DNA from: the human T2T-CHM13v2.0 reference genome, Homo sapiens
DNA: 64,000 nt
Direction: 5' to 3' (one strand)
Assembly (NCBI RefSeq): GCF_009914755.1
Contig: NC_060929.1
The notes under the pieces were generated by a model that worked only from the letters and a program-made list of their open reading frames with translations, had not been told where the DNA came from and made no database searches. Shown one piece after another: positions 14,180-28,184 of this stretch. The translations under genes were made by a program, and so were the position numbers. Positions within the stretch are counted from its first letter, which is position 1. Each line of letters begins with the position of its first letter.

Positions 14180-15150
14180 TGCCTCTGATTGCTTCCTCCT
14201 CTGACTACATTGAGATATCTTTATTAGACCCTTAATATTTTCATTATCTTCTTATCTTAGACTCTAATCACTTTACTCTCATTTCAGTGTCTGCAAGTTC
14301 TTTTCCCATTAGTCTTCTCTGTACCAACCAGCAAGAACTCTGACCCTGGATGAATGTTACCTGACTTTACTGCCATCAAGCATTTTTGGAGAAAATAACA
14401 CATTGGGCTAATGGTTACCTATGATTTCCTGAGGTCTGGGTTCGACCCCTTTTAATCATCTGAGGAATTTTTCTTTCCTCCATCTTCATTATCTTTCTCC
14501 CTGTAGACTTTTTACTGTCAACGTTTAAACATGTTCAAATAAATCCAAGCATCGAATGAAGGTAACAAATTAATCAACTTATTGGTTCAGCTGCAACTCT
14601 GTTTCTCACCCCGCAGTCAAACTTTTTAAACAAATTGTTTATTTTCATTGTCTTTAGCCCATTCCAATACAGCTTCTGCTCCCATAACCCCAAACTGCTT
14701 TTGTAAATTTGTTTCATTTCCGCACTTAACAGCTTTCCCATTACCTTCTGATAGTCTCATATCCCTAACATTATATTTGCACAATTCTACCTCTCCTTTC
14801 TAGCTCTAAGCACTTTTTTCATTTCATGAAATACAGTTAATATTCTCCTTCTCTGGGTTTTTGCAGGTTCTATCCTTTAACTGGGAAACACTCTCTGCCT
14901 TCCTCAACTCCTCCCACCTAACTGTTCAGTTATCAGATGTGATCTTCTGAAGGAGGTTTACCTTGACCTGAACTGGCTGAGTTCTCCTACTTCATACCTT
15001 CTCTTCACAGCACTTGTCACATTTGTAATAATGTATTTGTCATTCTCCCTGTGCCTTTTAATGTTGGCTTCTAGAGATTAGGGATCCCACTGGTTATAGG
15101 ACTGGAGAGGGGAGCTCAAGAAATATTTGTTGAAGAAATGACTGAATAAA
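14180..15150 (+). mobile_element. Degenerate L2 fragments
   Basis: Pyrimidine-rich body ending ctcaagaaatatttgttgaagaaatgactgaataaa. Confidence 0.6.
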
Positions 15151-15632
15151 TTAACAACTGTAGCTTTTCCCAGTTCAGTGCATCAGTTGTGTCCTTGGCC
15201 TTATTGGAGTTTCTCTTCCTTAGCAGCATAATGAATTTTAAGTGGAGGAAAAACTATTAGTGATTCCACTAGAGTTATTAAGCACTGTAGCCCGTAATGC
15301 ATCATAGGCGCACAACATATATACTTTTCCATTATTGTCCTCTCCTTTTTGCTTTAAAAATAACTAGAAATATGTAATAATTTCAAATACTAGGAAGCTG
15401 AGTATTTTGTTTCTTATGGCACTTTTAATCAAATCACATTATTTATTGAGTACTACTCAGTGTATATCCTAAAGTAAAAAATAATAATAGACAAATGAAT
15501 CAAGTTTCTAAAAATCAAAACAAAAAACTTTAAAAACAGTATGGGAATACATGTGTTCAAAAGAGACCCCAGAAAGTGTTTTCTTCCTGAATATATTAGA
15601 CCCTTTTCAGCTCCTAATGCTGTAGAATAAAT

Positions 15633-15855
15633 GAAGTGTTATGAAACTTATAATTAGGAACTATCTGAAAGCCAAATGTTTAGCTAAAATGTGTGATAAA
15701 TTAATGAACATACAAAGGAATAGATAGCAGTGGCAGTGTATTTGTTTTGTGAATTTTATTTATATGCAAAATAATAATTGTATATGCATTTAAATATAAT
15801 TGAATGGTATACATATGTATAGAGATTGCTACCATATTTGATGGATTGGTAAATA
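15633..15855 (+). repeat. Copy 1 of a ~220-bp local direct duplication
   Basis: Aligns colinearly by eye with 18668-18887 (for example agatagcagtg[g/a]cagtgtat and attgctaccatattt). Confidence 0.9.
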
Positions 15856-16862
15856 GTATTAGAGGTAATTTCTGAAGATATTTTAGTGTAAAGATATTGA
15901 TGTAAAAAAAAATTCAGCAACCTATCTATATATGGCTGTAACAAAGAAGAGTGATTTGGACTACTGCTACAAAGTAGGTTAAATGATCTCTACATTACTT
16001 CATGCATTAACATTCTCTAAATTACTTCATATATTAACATTTACATGTAATATATTTGTAGTATATTCTAATTTAAATATCCAACGGAAAGTTGGAAATG
16101 AATATAGTTTGTGTTTAACTGAGTTGAGAAAGCATAGTATGGTAATTAAATTCTTTTTTTAACCAAACATTATTATAAATAAAATTGCTGAATTCCAAGT
16201 ATTTATACTTAAATAACTTTATGTTGTAAACAGTGTTTTTTTAAAGTACTTTCTTTATACCTTACACTTTATTTTAGTTAAGTTATAGCCATGTGTCTTG
16301 GGTAGAATTCTGAGAGAATAATAAGGGACTTTACCCTGTAATCACAGAAGCAGTTTGGTAATATAGGAACCAAGTGACAGCTTTTCTTTTTCAAGTATAT
16401 AGATTCAGATCTGGACAGGAATCTTTAAGGGTGACCTAAAACATCATTACGTCAGTTTACAACAGAAGGTTTACTCTGTTAGTTTCCAGTAACTATAATG
16501 GAAACTAACCTAGATGAACATTGGTACCTACTTTGCAGTTAGTGACTGATTTTATTTGACCAATTAGTACTCATGATGGAGAGGAAAATAACTTGTCTGT
16601 GACCTGTCATGATCAACTCCTAAGGGACAAGCTTTGATTACCTCTTAGGTTTATTGTTTTTGCCTTATCAAGTCCACTTGACTTAAAGTATGTTCTACAG
16701 GCGGAATACACTGGGGGTGGCGGGCATGGAATTTTTTTTTGCTAGAATTAGAGCTAATAAGTTTGATTTAGAGTAATCAGTTTTTGCCTCTGTTCTCCCA
16801 ACAATTGTGTGATATTAGGAATATCTTTCTTGTGTTTCTTTTTAATAGTTTTTATTTTATTT

Positions 16863-16961
16863 AAAAAAAATGGAACACTTCACAAATTTGTGCAGGGGCC
16901 ATGCTAATCTTCCCTTTGTCTTTCCAATTTTAGCATATATGCTACTGAAGTAAGTGAGCAC
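16863..16961 (-). pseudogene. U6 snRNA retropseudogene (RNU6-type) with 13-nt internal deletion
   Basis: Reverse complement gtgctcacttacttcagtagcatatatgctaaaattgg...gattagcatggcccctgcacaaatttgtgaagtgttccatttt matches U6; A-rich tail follows. Confidence 0.95.
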
Positions 16962-16965
16962 ATGG

Positions 16966-17338
16966 TTTTTCTCTTTCTTTCTTCTTTCTTTCTTTCTTTC
17001 TTTTCTTCTTTTTCCTTCCTTCCTTCCTTCTTTCTTTCTCTCTCTCTCTTTTTTTTTTTTGACAAGGTCTGGCTCTATCATCCTCCAGGTTGGAGTGCAG
17101 TGGCACGATCTTGGCTCAGCTTCCACCTCCCGGCTCAAGCAATCCTCCCACCTCAGCCTCCCAAGTAGCTGAGACTACAGGTGCACACCACCACACTTGA
17201 CTAATCTTTGTATTTTTTTGTAGAGAGGGGGTTTCTCCATGTTGCCCAGGCTAGTCGTGAACTTGTGAGTTCAAGCAGTTCACCCACCTTGGCCTTCCAT
17301 AGTTCTGGGATTATAGGCGTAAGCCACTGCACCCAGCC
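16966..17338 (-). mobile_element. AluJ with expanded (GAAA/GGAA)n tail
   Basis: Alu body 17060-17338; tail microsatellite 16966-17060. Confidence 0.95.
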
Positions 17339-17461
17339 CATATGTTTGTTATTAATGAAGGTTGTGCTATCAGACACATAATATCACTGTGAAAACAACA
17401 TTTGCCACGTAATTCCTTAAACAGTGTTCTACAAGAATAAAAAATTTATTGATGGCTCATT

Positions 17462-18007
17462 GTATGTTAGGGTTTATTCTGAGTGCCTTAGGTTCCACTT
17501 CCCTCTGTGGAAGCCAAAGTGGGGCAGATAGTTCCTCTCATAACTCCTGTGACAGCTAGAGTTTGGGGCATATGACCTCCTGTGACAGCTAGAGTTTCCA
17601 TCAACTAGTTGGAAATCGCTGCATGAGACTTCACATCTAGGAAAAGTGATGCAAAGACATAGCAACAGTTTAGAATTTATTCTTCTAGTGGTTTCCAACT
17701 CCCAGGCTCAAGCAGTCCTCCCACCTCAGCCTCTAGTGGCTAGAGCAGCATCCAGTGTCTCATACCAGTGGAGATACTGGTACCAGCAGTGGTGGTGGTG
17801 CCACATTCTCAGCAGAGGCTTCCTAGGCTGTCTTTTTTCCAGCATGATTTTGGTTGCAGTTCTGGCTTCCTAACCTTCTTTAGTGCCATCTTGTTTCCCA
17901 AGTCTGTTTCTTCAGCTTCATCATTTTGTGTGCCATCCGAATTGTTTCCTACTTAACTTAACCAGAAATCACTTCCATTCTTTGTGACCAAGAACTGGAC
18001 TAGTACA
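17462..18007 (+). mobile_element. Old MLT1-type MaLR LTR, with a short Alu-like fragment near 17690-17735
   Basis: Ends ttctttgtgaccaagaactggactagtaca, similar to MLT1 3' termini. Confidence 0.55.
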
Positions 18008-18319
18008 ATTCTCTTGGAAAAATTGGTCTTAATCCCTAGCTGTTTGGCAATATCTTATTATGATTAATTTTTTATAGCCACAGCTGCCAGAACCCTAAAT
18101 TTCAGTTAACACTGTAAAGAGAATTTAAGAAAGAGGAAATAAGTTTATTTAAGTCATGACATCAGAAGAAAACAGTAATGAAAATCTAATGAACAGTACT
18201 ATTTTCAAGAAATTGTTCATGTATTTTAGCAAAATGAAAACCACTTAAAGCATATTTTCAGTTGTTGCTGTTTATTAATATTATCTTTATTATGAAAGGA
18301 GGTAATTTGTACTAGGCAT

Positions 18320-19005
18320 GTACTCCTGACCTTCTGAAAAACCTCCCTTCATTTTTCTTTGAAGAATCTTTCCCTTTCCTGCTCTTAGAGTAGGGCTACC
18401 TCCACCAATTCAGAGGTGATGTATGTGACCTATGCCTAAGCAATCAGCACGCTTTATCTCCTTCAACACAGTGATTGGTTGAGATTGGATGAGTATATAT
18501 CAGGGTACCTCCACTGAAAGATAGCTATTGCAGCTTCAAGCACCACAGCCTCACACATCACATGGAGCTGAGAAGACCAAAATATCAGAAAGTAGGACTG
18601 AGAGGATGGAGGGAAAGAAACTGAGTCCTGATGGTGTATTTTGAGGCCTATATATATATATCTAGTAGAAAATGTTATGAAACTTTTATAATTAGGAACT
18701 GTTTGAAAGTTAAATATGCAGCTAAAATATATGATTAATTAATGAATGTACAGAGGAACAGATAGCAGTGACAGTGTATGTTGTGGAATTCTACTTACAT
18801 ACAAAATAATTGTATGTGCATTTAAATGCAACTAAGTGGTACACATATGTACAGAAATTGCTACCATATTTTATAGTTTGATAAATACCCAGCTATTTTA
18901 AAAACTATTTCTAATCCTACAGTTTCAGTTCCATAACCCATTACACTGCATTTTTGCCTATGCCAGTTTGGGTTAGATTTTCTGTCACTGGCAACCAAGA
19001 GTTCT
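18320..19005 (+). mobile_element. Old MLT1 (J/K-like) LTR interrupted by an insertion at ~18650-18887
   Basis: gagtcctgatggtgtattttgaggcc...ccagcta...gccagtttgggttagattttctgtcactggcaaccaagagt. Confidence 0.75.
18668..18887 (+). repeat. Copy 2 of the ~220-bp local direct duplication
   Basis: Aligns with 15633-15855. Confidence 0.9.
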
Positions 19006-19514
19006 CTGTTTCTTTGGAATATAAATGCTAAATCATCTTGAGTTGGGATTGTAAAGTCTTGCTACCATGTTTTGAGGAATACCTCTTATTTATGTTTTAG
19101 TTACATATAACTTTTGTACCTAAAATATTAACAAGGAAAGCAACTAACAACTTTAAGCTGAAATACTAATCCTGAAAGATAAGAATGAAAACTCAAACCT
19201 TAAGTTCTATAAAACTTTGAGATAGCTACATGTTTACTTTCAGAATAATTTAAATTGGTAGAGTACAAGTTGGGAAACAAACACTTTAAGTGAATATTTA
19301 AGTCATGTAAAATATGTATTTTTAAAAGTCAAATTAAACATATTACCAAATTTGCTGGAACTATATATTTTATTTATAATAAGCACTTTTCTACATTTTA
19401 CACCCTGTTGCCTTACATAACTTTCCACAGTTTTGACATTATAACATTGTGATTTTCTGTCAAACATGAATGAAAATACGAGTTTATGGATGATAGACTC
19501 ATGCTATTTCCAGA

Positions 19515-22500
19515 TTTCAGAGGGGTAGAGGAAGCAGCAGAAAGGCCCTGGAGCTCGCTGGATCCCCTAGCAGGCCATTCCTGCATGACACCACAGGGAT
19601 CCATCAGGAGGGTGGCCAGAGGAGCAGGGGGCAAAACTCCACAGAGAGAAGTAAATCTCTAGCTGAACTTTGTAACAATTTGAATGGGGTGAGAAGCCTC
19701 CTGGCCAGAACTCGGGTGAGGACACAAATCTGGAGGGCACACTCAACAGGTGGGGGAAGAATGAAGCCCTATTCTTTTGCAACTGGGTGGCGGATAGCCT
19801 GGGGCAAGTTTTCAAGCCTGTGTCACCCACCACCTGGAAACAGACTTGGGGCTCTTGTGGGGCTCGGTGGGAGTGAGACTGGCCCTTTGGTTTGCATAAG
19901 AGCTGGGTGACGCCTGTGACTGCCAGCTTTCCCCCACTTCCCTGACAACCTGCATGACTCAGCAGAGGCAGCCATAATCCTCCTAGGTACACAGCTCTAG
20001 TGACCTGGGAATCTCACCCCAACCCCCAACAGCAGCCACAGCAAGACCCACCCAAGGAGAGTCTGAGCTCAGACATACCTAGCCCTGCCCCCACTTGATG
20101 GTCCTTCCCTACCCACCCTAGTAGCGGAAGACAGAGTGCATATAATCTTGGGAGTTCTAAGCCCCTGCCCATTGCTGGTCCCTCTCTGCACTACTACAGC
20201 TGATGCTCTCTGGAAAGCACCACCTCCTGGCAGGAGGCCAACCAGCACTAAAATAGAGCATTAAACCACCAAAGCTAAGAACCCTCATGGAGTCCGTTGC
20301 ACAACCCCCCATCCTCCCACCCCCCACTAACTCCACTGGAACAGGTGCTGGTATCTACGGAGAAGAGACCCATAGATGGTTCACATCACAGGATGTGATA
20401 TTGTGCAGACAACCCCCAGTACCAGCCTGGAGCCGGGTAGACTCGGTGGCTAGACCCAGAAGAGAGACAGTAATCACTGCACACAGTAATCACAGGAAGC
20501 CACGTCCATAGGAAAATGGAGAGAGTACTACATCAAGGGAACACCCCATGGGACAAAAGAATCTGAACAACAGCCTTCAGCCCTAGACCTTCCCTCTGAC
20601 AGAGCCTACCTAAATGAGAAGGAACCAAAAAACCAACTCTGGTAATATGACAAAAGAAGGCTCTTTAACAACCCCCCCCCCAAAAATAACACTAGTTCAC
20701 AAGCAGTGGATCCAAACCAAGAAGAAATCCCTGATTTACCTGAAAAAGAGTTCAGGAGGTGAGTTATTTAGGTAATCAGGGAGGCACCAGAGAAAGGTGA
20801 AGCCCAATGCAAGGAAATCCAAAAAACAATACAAGAAGTGAAGGGGGAAATATTCAAGGAAATAGATACTTTAAAGAAAAAACAATAAAAAATTCAGGAA
20901 ACTTTGGACAAACTTATAGAAATGTGAAATGCTCTGGAAAGTCTCAACAATAGAATTGAACAATTATAAGAAAGAAATTCAGAGCTCAAAGATAAGGTCT
21001 TCAAATTAATCCAATCCAACAAAGACAAAAAAGAATAAGAAAATATGAACAAAGTTTCCAAGAAGTCTGGGATTATGTTAAACAACAAACCTAAGAATAA
21101 TCAGTATTACTGAGGAAGAAGAGATTTCTACAAGCTTGGAAAACATATTTGATGGAATCATCCAGGAAAACTTCGCCAGCCTTGCTAGGAACCTAGACAT
21201 CCAAATACAAGAAGCACAGAGAACACTTGGGAAATTTATCACAAAGAGATCATGGCACACTGACTGTCATCAGGTTATCCAAAGTTAAGACGAAAGAATC
21301 TTAAGAGCTGTGAGACAGAAGCACCAGGTAACTAACTTATAAAGGAAAGCCTATTGGATTAACAGCAGATTTCTCAGCAGAAACCCTATAAGCTAGAAGG
21401 GATTAGCCCTATCTTCAGCCTCCTCACACAAAACAATTATCAGCCAAGAATTTTGTATCCAGCGAAGCTAAGCATCATATATAAAGGAAAGATAGTCTTT
21501 TTCGGAAAAACAAATGCTGCGTGAATTCACCATTACCAAGCCACCACTACAGGAACTGCTAAAAGGAGGTCTAAATCTTGAAACAAATCCTGGAAACACA
21601 TTAAAACAGAACCTCTTCAAAGAATAAATAGCACAGGACCTATAAAACAAAAATACACCTTAAAAAGCAAAAACAAAGTACGCAGGCAACAAAGAGCCGG
21701 ATGAATGCAGTGGTACCTCACATATCAATACTGACATTGAATGTAAATGGCCTAAATGTTCCACTTAAAAGATACAGAGTGGCATAATGGATAAGAATTT
21801 ACCAACAAACTATCTGCTGCCTTCAGGAGACTCACCTAACACCTAACACATAAGGACTCACATAAACTGAAAGTAAAGGGGTGGAAAAAGGCATTTCATG
21901 CAAATGGACACCAAAAGCAAATAGGGAAAGCTACTCTTATGTCAGACAAAACAAACTTTAAAGCAACAGCAGTTAAAACAAAGAGGGACATTATGTAATG
22001 GTAAAAGGCCTTGTCCAACAGGAAAATGTCACAATCCTAAACATATGCACCTAACACTGGAGCTCCCAAATATATAAAACAATTACTAATAGACCTAAGA
22101 AATGAGATAGACAGCAACATGATAATAGTGGAGGACTTCAGTACTCCACTGACGGTACTAGACAGGTCATCAAGACAAAGTCAACAAAGAAACAATGAAT
22201 TTGTACCTTGGAACAAATGGACTTAGCAGATACATGCAGAACATTTTATCCAACAACCACAGAATATGCATTCTATTCAACAGTGCATGCAACTTTTTCC
22301 AAGATAGACCATATAATTGAGGCCATAAAATGAGCCTCAATAAATTTAAGAAAACTGAAATGATATCAAGCCACTCTCTCAGACCACAGTGGAATAAAAC
22401 TGGAAATCGACTCCAAAAGGAACCTTCAAAACCATGCAAATACATGGAAATTAAATAACTTGCTCCTGAATGAGCATTGGGTCAAAAACAAAATCAAGAT

Positions 22501-24927
22501 GGAAATTTAAAAATTCTTTGAACTGAACAACAATAATGACACAACCTACCAAAACCTCTGGGATACAGCAAAGGTAGTGCTAAGAGGAAAGTTCATAGCC
22601 CTAAATGCCTAAATCCCTAAAAAGACTGAAGGAGCACAAACTGACATTCCAAGGTCACACTTCAAGGAACTAGAGAAACAAGAACAAACCAAACCCAAAC
22701 CCAGCAAAAGAAAGGAAATAACCAAGATCAGAGCAGAACTAAATGAAATGGAAACAAAAACAATGAAAAAGATAAATGAAACAAAAAGCTGATTCTTTGA
22801 AAAGATAAAAAAATTGATAGACCATTAGCAAGTTTAACCAAGAAAAGAAGGGAGAAAATCCAAATGACCTCACTAAGAAACAAAACAGGAGATATTACAA
22901 CTGACACTCCTGAACTACAAAAGATCATTCAAGGCTACTGTGAACAACTTTATGCACATAAACTAGAAAACCAAGAAGAGATGGATAAATTCCTGGAAAG
23001 ATGCAACTCTCTTAGCTGCTTACATCAGGAAGAATTGGATTCCTTGAACAGACCAATAACAAGCAGTGAGATTGAAATGGTAAGTTAAAAAATTACCAAC
23101 AAGAGAAGTCCAGGACCAGACAGATTCACAGCAGAATTCTACCAGACATTCAAAGAATTGGTACCAATCCTTTTGATACTATTCCACAAGATAAAGAAGG
23201 AGCCCTTCCTAATTAATTATGTGAAGCTAGCATTACCCTAATACCAAAATCAGGAAAGGACATAACCAAAAAAAGAAAACTACAGACCAATACCCTTGAT
23301 GAACATAGATGCTAAAATCCTTAACAAAATACTAGCTAACCAAATCCAACAACATATCAAAAAGATAATCCACTATGATCAAGTGGGTTTCACACCAGGG
23401 ATGCAGGTATAGCTTAACATATACAAGTCAATAAATGTGATTCACCACATAAAGAGAATTAAAAACAAAAATCACATGATTATCTCAATCGATGCAGAAA
23501 AAGCATTCAACAAAATCCAGCATTCTTTATGATTAAAACTCTCAACAAAATCGGCATACAAGGGACGTACCATAATGTAATAAAAGCCATCAATGACAAA
23601 CCCACAGCCAACATAATACTGAATGAGGAAAAGTTGAAAGCATTTCCTCTGAGAACTGGAACAAGATAAGGATACCTACTCTCCCTACTCCTCTTCAGTA
23701 TAGTACTGGGAGTCCTAGCCAGAGCAGTCAGACAAGAGAAAGAAATAAAGAGCATCCAAATTGGTAAAGAGAAAGACTGTCAGTGTTTGACAATATGATC
23801 GTTTACCTTGAAAACCCTAAGGACTCCTCCAGAAAGCTCCTAGAACTGGTAAAAGAATTCAGCAAAGTTTCCGGATACAAGATTAATGTACACAAATCAG
23901 TAGCTGTTCTATACACCAACAGCGACCAAACAGAGAATCAAGTCAAGAACTCAACCCCTTTTACAATAGCAAAAAATAAATAAGTAAGATACGTAGGAAT
24001 ATAACTAACTGAGGAGTCAAAGACCTCTACAAGAAAAACTACAAAAGACTACTGAAAGAAATCATAGATGACACAAACAAATGGAAGCACATCCCATGCT
24101 CATGAATGGGTAGAATCAGTATTGTTTAATATTACTCAAATCAGTAAGAAAAAAACAATCCCATCAAAAAGTGGGCTAAAGACATGAATAGACAATTCTC
24201 AAAAGAAAATATAACAAATGGCCAACAAACATATGAAAAAATGCTCAGCATCACTAATGACCAGGGAAATACAAATCAAAACCACAATGCAATACCACCT
24301 TACTCCTGCAAGAACAGCCATAATCAGAAAATCAATAAACAGTAGATGTTGGCATGGATGCAGTGATCAGGAAACACGTCTACACTGCTGGTGGGAATGT
24401 AAACTAGTACAGCCATTATGGAAAACAGTGTGGAGATTTCTTAAGGAACTAAAAGCAGAACTACCATTTGATCCAGCAATCCCACTACTGGGTATCTACC
24501 CAGAGGAAAAGAAGTCATTATTTGAAAAAGACACTTGCAAACACGCATGTTTATAACAGCACAATTCACAAATACAAAGTCATGGAACCAACCCAAATAA
24601 ATGCCCATCAACCAACGAGTGGAGACTATTATTCTAAGTGAAGTAACTCAAGAATGGAAAACCGACCATTGTGCGTTCTCACTGTTTTGTGGGAGCTAAG
24701 CTATGAGGACACAGAGGCATTAGAATGATACAGTGGACTTCGAGGACTTGGGGTGAAGAGAGGGAGGGGGTGAGGGATAAAAGACTACAAATATGGTGCA
24801 GTGTATACTGCTTGGGTGATGGGTGCACCAAAATCTCACAAATCTCCACTAAAGAACTTACTCATGTAACCGAATACCACCTGTACCCCAGTAACTTATG
24901 GAAAAATAAATATGTTAAAAAAAAAAA
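19515..24927 (+). mobile_element. Near full-length decayed L1PB1-like LINE with internal deletions
   Basis: L1PB-type 5'UTR; broken ORF1 (~20610-21640); broken ORF2 with RT motif [11 protein letters not shown]; L1PB1 3'UTR ggataaaagactacaaat...accccagtaacttatggaaaaataaa and A tail. Confidence 0.92.
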
Positions 24928-25679
24928 GTAATAGCCAAATCTGTTAACTCTGTGATTCCTGCTTTGGTTAATGTAGATTATTATCACATGATATTAAAGA
25001 GTCAGGATTATGGAGTTAATGTTTTACTGGTGCTTTTTTTTTTAAAAAAAGAAAAATGTTTATTATTTAAGGCTGTGTGCAGTATGTGCTTATATTCAAA
25101 CATCCCTTATGCTGTTAGTCACAGAAATACTAACTATGTGTATATGAATGGCTTTTCACAGTCTATATAATGATTGGAAAAATAACTAATATAGTATATT
25201 CTAAATGATGAATCTTTATCTTCCTATATAAAGGACATCATATTACTAATTTTCAAATTTATCAGTAAGACACTGAACAAAGCCTAAAAATTAATGGATA
25301 TTGTTTTAATGTGATGTATGATTTACTAAATTAAGCTTAGGAGCATTTCTGTCGATGTATTCCTATCTTTCAGTATGTGCTTACATACAAATAACAACTT
25401 TGTAAGTATTTTCTTTTTACAGATTTTCAGTAATTTATATCAGAAGTATATAATCAAGAAACTTTAGTGTTTCTGTCCGTTAAATATTTAAAATATTTTA
25501 TTCTAAAGTAAACCCTTTTGGCATTTTTTAATGTGGGGTTGCCTCATCAAATTTTGCATAGCCTACATTACAATCATAGAATCTTGAGTTTTGGAAGAGA
25601 CTGTAAAGTTCATTTCATTCATTCAGCATCCATTTGGTGGTAGTGTGCTTTGAAGACTTACTAAGAAATTAACACCTAG

Positions 25680-26089
<410 letters not shown>

Positions 26090-28184
26090 CCAGATTTTTA
26101 TTGTCTTTGAAACAGAAGATTCATGAAAGGATTCTGCCATTTTATTCACCTTTCTGACACTGCAGTAAAGTGCAGATTAAAGTATAGTTCCCTGTGAAAT
26201 AGCCAGTTACCCTTTGAGTAGACTCCAGTTCACATAAAGAAGTACAGGGAGATTACCTGACTTGCCTAGGTTATATATTGAGTCAGTAGGAGAAGTAGAA
26301 ATACTAAGTGCAGATTCACAGTTCAGTTTAGCCCAGAACTATGGATGCTTTCCTTATGGTTATTACCTGGAAGGCTTTACAATCACTGATGTACCCTCCC
26401 TGCTGTCTCCTCTCACTTACACATATGCAGTCTTGATTATTTTGATAATTTTTCTACATTTATACACACTTCACACATAATTTTTGTTTTTTTAAACCTC
26501 AGTTTATAGCCTTAAGTTATACTCAGGAATGTACATTGTACTCTTAAGCAGAAAGACCTTAATATTAGTTACAGCTGAAGAGTGAGCTTAATTTCTAAGT
26601 ACATTTTGGTTTTTCCCTTTTTGTATGCCTTTTATAGGTGTTCACCTTTAGCAGCCAGTCTCTTGACTTTGCCTAATACTATAAAGAATAGCAAACATTG
26701 TATTGACATAATTGGTTGTTATGGAAGTCATTTTTAATAGAATGACCATACCTTATTTATTAAAAAATAATAAACTTTATTTTTCAGAGCAGTGTTAGGT
26801 TCACAGTAAAACTGATAGGAAGGTATAGAGATCCCCCGTATATTCCCTTCCCCTATGCATGCATAGCCTATCCAATTATCAGTATCCCCTATTAGAGTGA
26901 TATGTTTGTCACAATAGATGAACCTATATGATTATCACTCAAGACCCTAGTTAATATTAGGGTTCACTTTTGGTGTCATACATTTCATGGATTTGGACAA
27001 GTGTATAATGACAGTACATCCACCACTGTAGTATCATATACCATAATTTCTACTACACGGAAAATCCTCTACAGTCCTGTTTTACATTTTCAGAAGTGTC
27101 ATATACCTGGAATCATACAGTATGAAGTCTTCTCAGGTTTTCTTCTTTCACTTAATAGTATGCATTTAAATTCTCCATGTCTTTTCATGCATCGATAGCT
27201 CATTTATTTTTAGTACTAAATAATCTCTTGTCTGAAGGTACCACAGTTTATTTATTCATTTACCTACTGAAAGACATCTTGATTGCTTTCCAGTTTTGCT
27301 AAGTATAAATAAAGCTGCTGTACCATCCATGTGCAAATTTTTGTATGCACGTAAGTCTTCAACTCCTTTGGATAAATACCAAGGAACATGTTTGGTGGAT
27401 TGTATGGTAACAGCATGTTTAGTTTTGTGAGAAATTGCCAAACTGTCTTTCATGGTGGTTGTATCTTTTTGCATTTCCACTAACAATGAAATGAGGGTTC
27501 TTGTTGCTCCTTATCCTCACCATCATTTGGTGGTGTCAGTGTTCTAGATTTTGGCCATTTTAGTAAGTGTGTAGTAGTTTCTCATTTTTGTTTTAATTTG
27601 GATTTCTCTACTGACATACGGTGTGGAGCATCTTTTTATATATTTATTTGGCATCTGTGTAACTTCTTTGATGAGGTTTCTGTTTAGGTTTTTGGCTCAC
27701 TTTTAAGCTGTGTTTTCTTATTGTTGAGTTTTAAGAGTTCTTCATATATTTTGGATAACATTCCTTTATATCAGACATGTGATTTGCAGATATTCTCTCC
27801 CAGTCATCTTTAGCTTGTCTTTTTATTCTCTTAACAGTGTCTTCCCCAGTATAGATTTTTTGTTTTTAATTTAATGAAGTCCAGCTTGTCACTTCTTTCT
27901 TTTATGGACTGTAGCTTTGATATTGTATCTAAAAAGTCTGTTTGTTCAAAATAGTAATGATTTGGATCTGTTAGATCAATTAAGAATGAAACAAAGTTAT
28001 TTTACCATTATGTATTCTTTCCCTAATGCTCCCTCTTTATGTAGATCTGAGTTTCTGACCTGTCTCCTTTAACATCTTTTAAAGAACTTTAAAAAACATT
28101 TCTTGTGAGGCAGGTCCACTAGCCTAAAATTTTCTTGATTTTTATTTGCCTGAGAAGATATTTATTTCTCCTTCAGTTTTAAAA

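Noticed and set aside
16857-17172. Lys/Glu/Arg-rich and Phe/Ser/Leu-rich ORFs
   Set aside because: Translations of an Alu tail microsatellite
24218-24556. 112-aa ORF with CWWEC motif
   Set aside because: Cysteine-rich C-terminus of decayed L1PB ORF2
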